From NCBI GenBank assembly GCA_038087875.1, contig CM075988.1, positions 10,480,001 to 10,544,000 on the forward strand: DNA of 64,000 bases, written 5' to 3'. Origin of the DNA: Malacoraja senta (lineage: Eukaryota). Positions 1 to 12,100 of this stretch are shown here, in pieces (position 1 is the first letter of the stretch; each line of letters starts with the position of its first letter). The translations under genes were made by a program, and so were the position numbers. Under the pieces are notes generated by a model. It made no database searches, was not told the origin of the DNA, and worked only from the letters and a program-made list of their open reading frames with translations.

Positions 1-8
1 TCAGTATT

Positions 9-320
9 GGACGGCACCATGGCGCAGCGATGGAGTTGCTGCCTTACAGCGCCGGAGACCCGGGTTCGATCCCAACTACTGGTGCTGTCTGTATGGAGTT
101 TGTACGATCACCCCGTGACCTGCGTGGGTTTTCTCCAAGATCTTCGGTTTCCTTCCACACTACAAAGACGTACAAGTTTGTAGGTTAATTGGCTTGGTAT
201 AAATGTACAATTGTCCCTAGTGTGTGTAGGTAAGAGAGTGTTAATTTGTGGGGAGCGCTGGTCGGTGTGGATTCGGTGGGCCGCAGGGCCTGTTTCCGCG
301 CTGTATCTCTGAACTAAACT
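9..320 (+). mobile_element. tRNA-derived V-SINE (HE1-like), full length
   Basis: A box TGGCGCAGCGA, B box GGTTCGATCC, V-domain-like core (GTGACCTGCGTGGGTTTTCTCC...), CR1-like tail GGGCCTGTTTCCGCGCTGTATCTCT plus AACTA repeats; about 15 related copies in the window. Confidence 0.9.
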
Positions 321-1317
321 ATTTTATTGAAGGATTTGCCGAGGCCACTGCATATATCTCTAGACTGAAGCGTGAACTACAAAGTTGGGCCTCAGATTTA
401 ACAAGGCCATTACTGTGGTGACATTACTGCTGGTGACACGGAATTTAGAAAGTAATTGGAGCAAAATCCCCAGTGATTATCTCCAGTGATATAATCCAAA
501 TTTCACTCTGCAATACAATGGAACTTTACAAATTCACCCTATACCATGGTTCCTACATCGACATTAATCATCGAATGCTATTTTTTAGCTGTGTAGGCTT
601 GTATTTCTCTGCTTTCTCCATTCCCATTTACAAACAGCAAATTATTCATGGGAACAGTAAAAGCAGAGACTTAATCATTTCAACAAAATCCCCAAGTCTA
701 TTATTCTATTGACCATTGCAGCTGGAGCAAATACGATTGTATACTGCTGTAAAATGAATCAGAGTGAATAGGCAGCTTGAATAGGCAGTTTATTTATGAT
801 ACATGAATTACACATGCATTTATCTGGGTTAGCCGTAATAGACAAAGGCAGGGAATCGAAGAAGTTTTTAAGATGTTCTACTTGACTGAGGAATCATCCT
901 TTCTGTGAAGTCTTGAAATCTGTATGCAGAGAATGAGACCCAGTTCAGTAGGCAAAAGGGGTCAGACACTCAACTGAGACAGCATGATAATTTCCATAAA
1001 TACCAAGGTTTATTTTTATTTTACTAATATACCCTTCATTTACAAGGAGAAATGAAAGACACCCTTGAAATGACTCAAAGTGACATGATAGTGGGAGAAA
1101 TATTATTGGGCCAGATCTTGCTGGAGGGAACGTTCTCACATTGTAATTTGTTAGTTTGATCTTTTACTTCAAGACTTAAAATGCTTCTGCCGTGACTTGC
1201 AGTAAATTTGAGCCGATAAAGACACTGTGAGTTATCCAGGTTCTCAGTGAATGGTGTGACTAACAATGAAATTAACAATGAGAAGTATGAGTTAGAATAA
1301 AACTAAGGAGGAATTAG

Positions 1318-1495
1318 AGACACAAGGAACTACTGATGGTGGAATTTTGAGCAAGACACAAAGTGCTGGAGTAAATAATTGGGTCCGGCAGCACCTGTAG
1401 AGGGAATGGACAGGTGATATTTTGGGTCCAAACATCATCAGTCCATTCGCTCCACAGATGCTCCATGACCTACTGAGTTACTCCAGTAGTTTGTA
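1318..1495. mobile_element. Penelope-like (PLE) terminal-repeat relic, fold-back arrangement
   Basis: Arm TGCTGGAGTAA...GGCAGCACCTGTAGAGGGAATGGAC and its reverse complement GTCCATTCGCTCCACAGATGCT...TTACTCCAG; same repeat family as 25848-26152. Confidence 0.65.
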
Positions 1496-1623
1496 TTAAG
1501 GTCAAATCAAGAGCAGGAAGATGCATTAGAGTCAAATCAAGAGCAGGAAGAGTCCAAAAGAAGGAAGGAATAAAAAGATCAGAAGACGGTGATTTTCTTT
1601 AAATATCATATACAATATATATA

Positions 1624-1940
1624 GGGCAGTAAAGTGGCACAGCGGTAGAGCTTCAGCCATACAGCACCAGAGACCAGGGTTCGATCCTGACTATGGGTGC
1701 TTGTCTGTTCGCCGTTTGTATGTTCTCCCCGTGACCTGTGTAGTTTTCTCCGAGGTCTTCGGTTTCTTCCCACACTGCTAAGACGTACAGGTTTGGAGGT
1801 TAATCGGCTTGGTATAAATGCACAATTGTCCATAGTGTGTGTAGAGTAGTGTTAATGTGCGGGAATTGCAGGTCGGTGTAGATTCGGTGGGCCAAAGGGC
1901 CTGTTTCTGCACTGTATCTGTAAACTAAACTAAACTAAAC
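1624..1940 (+). mobile_element. HE1-like V-SINE
   Basis: TGGCACAGCGG A box, GGTTCGATCC B box, (TAAAC)n tail. Confidence 0.9.
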
Positions 1941-2148
1941 ATCTTCAAGAGCCATTCTGGAACTGACAGAATGAATCACAGTTTTTCCTGATCTGGCCTA
2001 CACAAATGGATTGTCATTCCACTCAATACTACTTAATTGTTAAAAGAATGTTTACATTGTTAAATATCAGGCAGAAACTTTCTGCAAACACAATGGCAAT
2101 AAAAATAGGCTAATCCAGGATATTTACTAGAAGTAATGGGAAAGCTAA

Positions 2149-2852
2149 TGGGCCTGTCCCACATAGGCGACTTTTTAGATGACTGCAGGAGACTATGCAG
2201 TCGCCACATGGTCGGCACATGTTCACGGGTGGTTGCTGGGTAGGCGCCTTCATGGTCGTGAGTAGTTCTCGCATTCTGGGAACTAGTCGCGGCCTCATTA
2301 TGGTCGCCGTGTTGAAAAATTAGCGGCAACTAGAATGAAACCGCCATGGAGAGTAGCGAGAATTCTCGAGCCGTAGGTGGGTCGGCAGTAGGTCCTAGTG
2401 GGTTGACAGGAGGTCGAAGGTTCTCAGAGGTTCTCGAAGGTTGTAGCTGGTGCTGACCGGTGAATTTCATTGACTCATTGGGGAAAAAAAGGTAAGCAGT
2501 AGTTTTCAGAACCAAGGATAACCGACCGGTAATGTTAAATGTCCGCCGAGCTTCACAGCGTGTATCTCTGGCTTCTTAAAAGTTGTCTCCACTCCTTCTC
2601 TCCCCTGCCCCCCTCTTTTAAAGGACTTACCATACACTGTGCTTCAGCCATCTTTTTACAGCGCCAACCTTCCTGTTCATCGCGGTGTGTGTCTGGATCA
2701 CCTTGGCTTTCCACCGTATAGACAGGGCACGTGAGGGGTGCTGTCTAAAAAATTCACACTAGCTGGTGAAGGGAGTGATGTGTTTGTGTGTGTGTTCCAC
2801 TCTGACAGTCGCCGGCAGTCCGCTGAAAAATCGCATGAGTGGGACAGGCCCA
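2149..2852. mobile_element. Non-autonomous PIF/Harbinger DNA transposon (MITE)
   Basis: Perfect 14-bp TIR TGGGCCTGTCCCAC / GTGGGACAGGCCCA, extending imperfectly to about 46 bp; TAA TSD at 2146-2148 and 2853-2855; no transposase ORF. Confidence 0.85.
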
Positions 2853-4386
2853 TAAGAACATAATTTCGCAAGTGCAATGTTAACGCTATGGAAATACAAT
2901 CTATCAGAATGGCCTCACTTCAAATCCCTGAAATAATATGGATAGTTTACAAATTCATATAACCACCACTTTCCTAATGAGATACATATATATTTACAGG
3001 CTTAAATACTTGTGAAGTTTCATGAACCCATGATCTGTCTTTTGACCTGTAAAAGCTTTGGAGCAAATGGTTAACCTACCAGAGTGCCCATTGTATATCA
3101 ACACATTACTAGGGAATGTTGTGTTTTGTTTTAAAGATTCAATCACAGATTGTGATTGTTGCTGGCTGGCTCTGAATTTATTATCGATCTCTAATTGTCC
3201 TGAACTGACCGGGCTGTAAACCGATATTTAAGGCCCCATGGCAGAAGCGGCCATGTCGCGGGGCTGGAAACTGAGCTAATTCTGCTACCACCATCATCTA
3301 TTGCGACAAGTGATGGCTTCCACAGATCGTCGCTGGAAGCTTGCATCCTTTTCAGGACGGACGATGACAGTGAGGACAACATTTGTAACAAGATGGACAC
3401 GAAAAGAAGACCTTTATTTAAGAGGGCAGTTAAGAATCAAATAGCTAGAAGATGGAATCACTTATAGACCAGACTGTCTCAGACTGTCTCAGTATCTCTC
3501 TCTCTTAAGATACTGGATGGAGGATAACATCATTTTAATTAACAAGATAAAGACACTTAAACTTTGCAAAGGATTATTTGGTACAGTGACTTTCTTGTGG
3601 AGAACCCTATGAAAGCATCGACAAAGGCAAAGGGACTTTGGCAACCCCTGCCTGAAATAAGAAGATAGACGCAAAGTGTTGGAGTAACTCAGCAGGTCAG
3701 GCAGCAACTATGGAGAAAAAGGATGGGTGATGTTTTGGGTCAGGATCCTTCTTTAGACTTTCTGCAGTAGGTATGTCTACTTTGAAAAAGTTGAGGTATG
3801 TCTGCCTGAAACAATGTGGCAACAACAGAAAGAACAGTATTGTGCAGGGATTATTTCACGAGGCAAATATCATTAAAAAAAATCATTTTAATATATTGCT
3901 CTAAGCACTTAGAATGTTCACATTTAGAATAAACACAATGCAATTAAGGTGAAAACTATAATACCAGAAATTAAGATGTTTAAATTAAAAATAACTTACT
4001 TTGAAATGCCCAGTGTGGAGATCATAAGGCACACGCAGGAATTTCAGGCAGGATGTTTTGGTAAACACATTGCTGAGTTCACCATTACAATTTACCAAGA
4101 AGTCATGTAACTTAGCAAAGATATTTTATGGCAGAGCAAGTTTATAAGTAGCTTAAATTTACACTGATTCGTGTAATTTCCTTTGATTGATCAGAGGAAG
4201 TTTTTCAGAAAGTGCAACTTGGAAAGCCACATAAAATCATCGATTGGTTTCCATGTGTGGAAATCCCAGTAGCTATCATTTTCACAACATGAAGATAAGT
4301 TTTGCCATCTTTACCAGTTCAAAAAGTCTGAGATGTAATTTCCTGCTCAGTGCTTTATTATGGAGCTCCTGTGCTGCTCAGCATTA

Positions 4387-5806
4387 CACGTCAACTTCTG
4401 ATACCCGGTTATACAGAAAGTTGCTGTCGCACTTGCCCTGCATGTCCAGACTGATGGGTATGTCTCCAACTAGCAATGAAATAAAAAAACGCGCATGCAG
4501 GAAGTCTCGAGGAAAAGATCAATAGATCAAGTGTGAATTTGAAAGGGAAAGACAAGCTAACATTCCAGGTTGGATCTGTCATCAATACTTCATGGCAAAA
4601 TCTCATCCAAACAGTAAACCACCTTGTCCTTTCAGATCCTGCCTGTGTGTTCCTGCTGTTGCACTTTCTGTTTGATGCCTTCAGTATTCATGTGCTTTGA
4701 TATGTCACGAGCTGAAACTGACTTGGTCACTTATAAAAGATTCATTTCCACAGAATTGCAGGTTTCAGTAGGATAGTTATCAGCCATCGTTATCTTCAAA
4801 ATGATATCGCCAAGCTGCTTCTCCTTCCACAGCTGACAATATAGACTCTCTTAGCAGAATAAACACTCTCATGTTTTCTGATGAGTTGACAGATGGCAAT
4901 AGATGTAAGATTTTGACAGTAACTATTTTGACTGCTTTTGCGGTAAGGTTTTCAGTTTCTGTGCCAGTGTGCCTGGAATTTGTCCTGCTGCAGATTCTGT
5001 GACTTGAATTGCACATACAGTCAATGAGGTCTATTACAGTATGTGTGGACATTTTGTCTTCTGCATTGCAGCTTGGTTTCAGTCTGGTTGTGAGATTGGA
5101 TGGATTTTCAAAATGGTACTCAGCAATTTGTACACAGTACCTTAATCTGGGGAACAAATCAAAGATCTGATAAATTTCATTATTCTCTGAAAAGGTGCAG
5201 ACCGTTGTGTGAGACCAAAATATTTTTGAAGATAGAATGTGTAGAAAGGAAATGCAGATTTTTTTTTAAACTGAAGATAGACACTAAAAGATAGTTGTAA
5301 CATAAGAATTATTCGCTATCTGATGGAAATATATAAGCTTTACATAAAGAAGTGTCTCGACCTGAAACGTCACTTATTCCTTTTCTCCAGAGATGCTGCC
5401 TGACCCACTGAGTTACTCCAGCAATTTGTGTCTATCTTCAGTGTAAACCAGCATCTGCAGTTCCTTCCTACATATATGGTATGTGACTGTCATTGGGATT
5501 GTCTAGGTTTCGAATGACAGCGTAAAACTGATTAAACAAAGCCAGAATTATTTCCTCTTTAACTGCCACTGATGGCATATCTTGATGTTCTGGATTTGTA
5601 GATTTTACAGCAAAATCAATGCTTGGTCTTGTTAAAGAGTAAATGAGACAGCGACCTTTCATAACCACGCGTGGTCAATCATACATTTTAATTGTACAAA
5701 TTGAATTTAGAAGGTTGAGACATACCCATCAGTCTGGACTTGCAGGGCAAGTGCGACAGCAACTTTCTGTACAACCGGGTATCAGAAGAAGCCAGAAGTT
5801 GACGTG
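4387..5806. mobile_element. Non-autonomous TIR element with about 80-bp TIRs, TA-flanked (Tc1/mariner or CMC/EnSpm type, unresolved)
   Basis: 4387-4466 (CACGTCAACTTCTGATACCCGG...GGGTATGTCTC) is the near-perfect reverse complement of 5718-5806 (2 substitutions plus a 10-bp insertion); TA at 4385-4386 and 5807-5808. Confidence 0.7.
5236..5475. mobile_element. PLE terminal-repeat relic nested inside the TIR element
   Basis: GAAGTGTCTCGACCTGAAACGTCAC...GATGCTGCCTGACCCACTGAGTTACTCCAGC...CATCTGCAGTTCCTT, with a partial inverted arm upstream. Confidence 0.7.
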
Positions 5807-5811
5807 TAACC

Positions 5812-6548
5812 ACCAGGGGCGCCGCACGATTGGCAGCCCCGCCAACAGTCTGTCTGCTTTTTCATCGTTTTTTAAATTTAGTGTGTGTTAAAAGTTTGTG
5901 TAAATGTTCTCTGGTTTGTTTTATGTGGGGGGAGGGGTCGGGGGAAACTTTTTTTTCAGATCTTACCTTGCCGGAGATGTGATTACTTTTCAGATCGTGA
6001 CTCCGGTCGCTCTGCAGCCTACCATCGATGGAGCTGGATGCCTCCTCGGACTGACCTTGGGCCCCACCCCTGGGCATGGACTTAACATCAGAGTCAATCT
6101 CTTGTTTGAGTTTGCTCCAACCATGGCCTGCGGACTTTACATCAGGAGCTGGTAATCGCGAGAGAGGCCGAGTCGGGAAGCTCCCCCAAAGCGGCGTTCG
6201 ATTGCCGGTGCGGGGGAGCTGACATCCCCCCATTGCAGGATGATCGGGGCAATGTTCGCCCCAATGTGGAGGGCCAAAACGTCGCCAGCTACGGGAATAA
6301 AGATCGTCCCGTCAACGGAAGGCTCGAGGCCCCCGACCGTGGGAGAACAAAGGGTAAGAGATTGAATTTTTTTCACCTTCCATCACAGTGAGGAATGTGG
6401 AGGAGTCACTGTGGTGGATGTTTGTGTTAGAATGTGTTATGTGTATTCCGTTGCTTTTTATTGTATGACTGACTTGGCAAATTAAATTCCTCGTATGTTG
6501 CAAAACATACTTGGCTAATAAAGTATTATTCTGATTGATTGTGATTGA
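5812..6548 (+). mobile_element. GC-rich non-coding retroposon (SINE-like or internally deleted LINE)
   Basis: Shares head, T-rich tract, G-tract and core CCTTCCATCACAGTGAGGA...TCACTG.G.TGGATGTTTGTGT with the reverse-strand copy at 37794-38651; ends in AATAAA plus a (TGAT)n-like tail. Confidence 0.65.
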
Positions 6549-6915
6549 TATAAAATTCTTATGGGATTGGACAGGCTTGATGCAGGAAACATGTTCCTGG
6601 TGTTGGGGGAGTCCAGAACCAGGGGCTCACAGTTTAAGAATAAGCGGTAGGCCATTTAGCAATGAGGAAAACCTTTTCACCCAGAGAATAGTGAATTTGT
6701 GGAATTCTCTGCCACAGAAGGCAATGGAGGCCAATTCACTGGATATTTTCAAGAGAGAGTTATATATAGCTCTTAGGGATAACTGAATTAATGGATAAGG
6801 GGAGAAAGCAGGAACAGGGTACTGATTATGGATGATCAGCCATGAGCATATTGAATGGCGGTGCTGGCTCGAAGGGCCGAATGGCCTACTCCTACACCTA
6901 TTTTCTATGTTTCTA
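6549..6915 (+). mobile_element. CR1 LINE 3' fragment
   Basis: Encodes FTQRIVNLWNSLPQKAMEA (CR1 ORF2 C-terminus); 3'UTR GAAGGGCCGAATGGCCTACTCCT and (TTCTATGT)n tail. Confidence 0.9.
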
Positions 6916-8339
6916 TACATGTGCTGCAGTCTAAACTCTACCACACCTCGTGAGACTCTACCATAGTGTGTAGCACAACAATACAGGTGTCAAGGGTTTA
7001 TCCATCAGATATCTGGAAAACACATCAGAACATATGAGAGTAATTGTCCAATGGTCCTTTATTGTCACATATGCACTGCTCAGTGAATTTTTTATGCAGA
7101 GCTCATACATGCTCGGGTCACCATATGTTGGTGTCATTTACTATTCGAATATGACTGTACCTTAGTTGGTACACGTGACAATAAAAGACCTTGGAATCTT
7201 TGAACCATTGAACATCCAAAGTCCAAAGATCCATTTACAAAAGTCCATGAGCTTGATGTACTGGAGTGGCTCCCAATCCAAGTAAGCCCCAGGCCGCTGC
7301 AGGGCCTCCATCGCCTTCGATCGGCTTGGCCCATGTACCGATGTCCCTATCCTCGCCCAGCCTCCTCTGTGTCCCGGGGGAATCTCCAGCAGCATTGCAG
7401 GCAATACCTCTTATTTTACTTTAAATTCCTCCTATTTTTACAAAAGCAAAATGAGAACTCTTCAGATTGTAAATATTGTTGAAGATGTTTGGAGTTCAGA
7501 TTTGTTTTAAACTTTTTTCTTTTTGGCTTCTTTATCCTTCACCCTTAGTTCCATCATTCTTTCCCTCTCTTTTGCTTCCTGCACATCATGTGGCTTTGAA
7601 TGGATTATTGTATCTAACATTTCTAACTTTGGACTTTGAGCATCACAAAAGAGATTGCAACTTCACAGGCTGAAGAGTCAAACAGTTATAGGCCCCCCTC
7701 GCACAAGTCTCAGAATTACCTCAGACACAAGGAACAGCAGATGCTAGTTTGCAACAAAAAAAAAGGCACCATTTTTCTTGGTCCAAATAATGCCGCCTGA
7801 CCTGCTGTTACTTCAGTACTTTGTGTCTTTATCAGATGTACTGTGGTGGGCCCACCACAGTGACTATCCCATTACTGAATTAACCTGTGTAAGTATAATA
7901 ATTGGTTGCTTTATTTATTCACTGCTGAAGGCTAAATCCAAGCTGCAATCTGATGTTTTCAATGACTTGTGAGGTGGCTAGACATTAAACAGTGGAATAG
8001 CTGAATATGATTGACAAGATATTTTCATCTGTAGAACTTTTGCAATTCTTCGAGTTATTGGTAAAAAATGCTGTATCCTTTTATTGTTACCAAATGTCAT
8101 GATATGAATAACTTGATATTGACACATTTCTCCTTTAATCAAAGGACAGAGGTTGACAATAAGAGGACACAAACAGAATATAATATGCAGAAGTGTCGGG
8201 TTATTGATATTGCATTAAAATTGAATATTTTTTAAAAGGTGAGAGATGCTAAGATGTTGATGTTTGGAGAGATCTGGGTATCCTTGTGCACAAATCCTTG
8301 AAAGCTAGCATAAAGGTATTGCAATCAATTAGAATGCCA

Positions 8340-8810
8340 AGGCATAGAGATATTGAGCCACATAGCATGGAAAGTGGTCCTTCAGCCCAACTCAACTATG
8401 CTGACCAAGATGCCGCATCTAAGCTTGAACCATTTGGCCATTGTTCCTCACAACCTTTCCTATCCATTACCTGTCCAAGTATCTTTTAAATGTTGTTATT
8501 GTACCTACCTCAACTACCCCCTCTGGCAATTCATTCCACATACCTACCACCTTCTGAATGAAAATGTTGCCCCTCAGGATGCTATTAAATCTATCCCCTC
8601 TCACCTTAAATCTATGTCCTCTGGTTCTTGATCCCACTACCCTATGTAAAAGACTCTGTGCATTCACCCTATCAATTCACCTCAATATTTTTATACATAT
8701 CTAGTCAATCACTCCTCAGCCTTCTGCACTGAAAGGTATAGGGTTCTAGCTTGCCAAATATCTCCTTATAGCTCATGCACTTGAATCCTGGCAACATATT
8801 CGTAAACCTT
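8340..8810 (-). mobile_element. CR1 LINE 3' fragment (degenerate)
   Basis: Minus-strand ORF SRTRGHRFKVRG...QKVVGMWNELPEGVVE. Confidence 0.85.
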
Positions 8811-8853
8811 CGGCCTCTTGCATTGAATTAAATGCAAGTTAATCCAACAGTTC

Positions 8854-9057
8854 TGTAGATGAGATATGCATGTGCCTTTAACATAGTGACCTCATACCTA
8901 CTAACCACTCCCCATATCACAAGTATATCTACAACCTCCCAACCCACAGATCGCTCTCTAGTTCCTGTGACAGACCACGTACAGCTAGTGCAATGTGTAA
9001 TGCTCCAGTATGAATAAAGATAGTAAAGTAACGACGCCTCATTATGAAGTCTTTACA
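8854..9057 (+). repeat. 5' LTR
   Basis: TGTAGATG...CTTTACA with AATAAA near the 3' end; differs from the 3' LTR only at 8941 (A) vs 13483 (C). Confidence 0.97.
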
Positions 9058-9065
9058 TGGTGTCA
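9058..9065 (+). promoter_or_regulatory. Primer-binding site (tRNA-Leu-like, short)
   Basis: TGGTGTCA immediately after the 5' LTR; matches the first 8 nt of the usual tRNA-Leu PBS (TGGTGTCAG...). Confidence 0.75.
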
Positions 9066-9153
9066 AATAACTTACCTTGCGCCTCCTGTTTATCGGTTTA
9101 TCATTTAATTTTGTCCCAGTTTTTTGTTTCCCCCGCCCTCCTGTTTCTTTGTC

Positions 9154-12100
9154 ATGGCCTCTTCTGCCCGTAAGCCCGATGTGCTCGTTTTTGATTTAGA
9201 CATCGCCCTTCGATGGGACATATTCAAACGTGACTTTGAACACTATTTCACGATCGCTCATCCTGACGCCACCCCCGCTCTCAAAGCCTCTCTGCTTCTC
9301 AACTTGGCTGGTCCCGAGGCCCTGACTCGCTCCGACTTCTTCGTCTACGCTGTTGGAGAATCAGCTCGGGACCCGGTATGTCTGTTGGCTAAGTTTGACG
9401 CTATTTGTGACATTCCGACTAATTGCATCTTAGAACGTTTTAAACTGTTCGCGCGGCGTCAGCTCCCTGGGGAATCTGCTGAGAACTATGTCATTGCGCT
9501 GCGGCACCTCGGAAGGCGCTGCCGCCTCCACGCGTGGAACCCCGATGAGATTATCAGGGACCTTCTGGTTTACGGTCTCCGTGATGAGAAGCTCAGGTCC
9601 GAACTTCTGTGCAAGCCGGATCTGACTTTAGCCGATGCTATGCACGCTACTCGCTTAGCTGACGCTGTTTCCTCGGCGGCGTCGCCGGCTGAGCAGGCGA
9701 TCAACTTTGCCAGCACTCCCAGTCATCTCATGAACACACCCCAGTCGCGACCCCCAGGGTCGCTCGCTGCTCGAGGGGGACGCGCCCCGGGGTTCGGTGC
9801 TGCTACAGGGGGAGGTACCCGGCAAAGGTGCCCTAATTGCAACTTCACAACTCATCAATTCAATGTGTGCCCTGCTTTGGGAAAAACTTGTAATGTCTGC
9901 AATAAATTGAACCATTTTGCTGCGGCTTGTCGTTCCCGTGGGAAGCCTGTCGCTGCTCGAAGGGGAAATTTAAACAACCTTCTACAAGCTGACAATGAGC
10001 TCAGCTCCCAGTGCTATTCCGATGAACATTCTGTTTCTACATCTGACTCCTCTCTGGGGGAGACCAACTTGTTTACCGTGTGGGACGCACCTGCTATGAT
10101 AACGGATCCTTCTGTGCAAGTCACTGTGAACAACTCGACCTTCACTGCTAAAATCGACACGGGGGCGGTGACCAACGTAATGTCAACATCCCTTTTCAAC
10201 CAGATAAGAACTAATGAGCAGATATTTTCCCAGAGCTCAACCTTGCATGCCTACGGTGGGGAGATTCTTACTCCTGTGGGCAAGGCCACGCTACACTGTA
10301 AGATACTAGAGACCACTCGGCCCCTCACCTTCTATCTCCTCAATCGAAAATGCATTCCCCTGCTGGGGATCCAGGCATGCCAGGAAATGGGACTGGTGTA
10401 CTTCCACCGGGACATCCACCAGGTGCAGACTCTTATGGACACGCTGGCCGATTATCCCGACCGCTTTGATGATAAGCTAGGCAAACTACCCTGCAGCTAC
10501 AAGATTGTAGTGGATCATAAGATCGTTCCTGTGGTCCATGCTCCTCACCGTGTCTCCTTCGCCATGAGGGACAAAGTGGAGGCGACCCTACACAGTATGG
10601 TACAAATGGGCGTCCTAAAGGCGGTCGTCGAGCCCACCAGCTGGGTCTCTTCCATGGTTGTTGCTGCTAAAAAGGACATGAGCGAGATACGCATCTGCAT
10701 CAACCCCAAAGACCTCAACCTGGCCATTCGACGCCCTCACTACCCTATGAGAACGGTGGAAGACGTCGCTGCACAGGTTGGTCCAGCAACGGTTTTTTCT
10801 GTCCTCGATGCCAAAAGCTCCTTCTGGCAGATACCACTGGACGAGCGGTCGTCCATTTTGACAACTTTCGCCACCCCCTACGGAAGGTTTCGGTTCCTCC
10901 GAATGCCATTCGGGATCAACTCTGCCAGCGAGGTATTTCAGCGGACAATGGAGCAGTTGTTTTTAGGTCTACCTTGCGCCATAATTGTTGACGACATCCT
11001 CGTTTACGGTAAGGACGTTGCCGAACACGATGTCAACCTCCGCCTGGTCCTGGACCGGGCCCGGCAAATCAACTTGAAACTGAACCCCAAGAAGTGCCGA
11101 TTCCGCGTCTCGGAGGTCACCTATGTTGGACATGTATTCACCGCTGAGGGATTAAAGCCAGACCCGCAGAAAATGGCTGCCATCTCAGGGATGCCCCCTC
11201 CTACCAATGTGGCAGGCCTGCAACGCTTCCTCGGCTTGGTAAACTACCTGGGGAAGTTCATCCCCGACCTCAGCGAGCTCAGCGCTCCCCTGAGGGATCT
11301 GATCAAAAAGGACACGTCCTGGCTTTGGTTACCCAACCATCAGAAGGCATTTGACATTCTTAAGTCTAAGCTGATCAGCACCCCCACGCTCAAGTTCTTT
11401 GACCTGCAGCGTCCCATTGTCCTCACCTGCGACGCCTCTCAGTTCGGACTCGGTGCCGCCTGTCTCCAGGTCCATGACGGCCTGCAGCTGCCTGTCTCCT
11501 TCGCGTCCCGCACCATGACCGCCACCGAACAGCACTACTCGCAGATTGAGAAGGAGCTACTGGCCGTGGTGTTTGCCTGCTCCAAATTCCGGGACTACAT
11601 CGTGGGCAACACTTTCACCGTTGAAACTGACCATCAGCCACTTGTCACCATCCTCAACAAATCGATCCATGTGGCCTCATCACGCCTGCAGCGCATGATG
11701 CTGCAGCTCCAGCGCTTCACGTTCACGGTGGTTTATCGTAAGGGCAAGGACATGTTCGTGGCCGACACGTTGTCTCGCGCCCCGCTGACGTCCACCGCTC
11801 GCCACCAATATGAAATGTCTGAGTTATTGGTGCTACGATTGAACATCGTCCCCTCGCAGCAGATGAAGTCCCTGGTTGAACACACTACCAATGACCCTGC
11901 CCTGCAACAGCTGTCTGCCGTCATCCAGCGGGGCTGGCCTGACCGTCGTTCGGCACTGCCGGCTGGTGCCGTGCCCTACTTCCTGATTCGGGACGAGCTC
12001 GTACTGCACGACGGCGTGGTGGTGAAGGGTCACAAAGTGGTCGTGCCCGCGGCGCTGCACGACCACTATTTTCAAGTCGCACACCGCGGTCACCCTGGGG

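Noticed and set aside
9..80. tRNA gene (A and B boxes)
   Set aside because: It is the tRNA-derived head of a SINE; it continues into the SINE body and I could not fold a cloverleaf.
1501..1551. 21-bp direct repeat GTCAAATCAAGAGCAGGAAGA
   Set aside because: Simple two-copy local duplication with no further structure.
3191..3400. CpG-containing stretch open on both strands, possible exon
   Set aside because: No recognisable protein similarity and no convincing splice sites.
5960..5983. ATCTTACCTTGCCGGAGAT resembles the U1 snRNA 5' end
   Set aside because: Short gapped match, no Sm site or remaining U1 stems, and the second family copy does not retain it.
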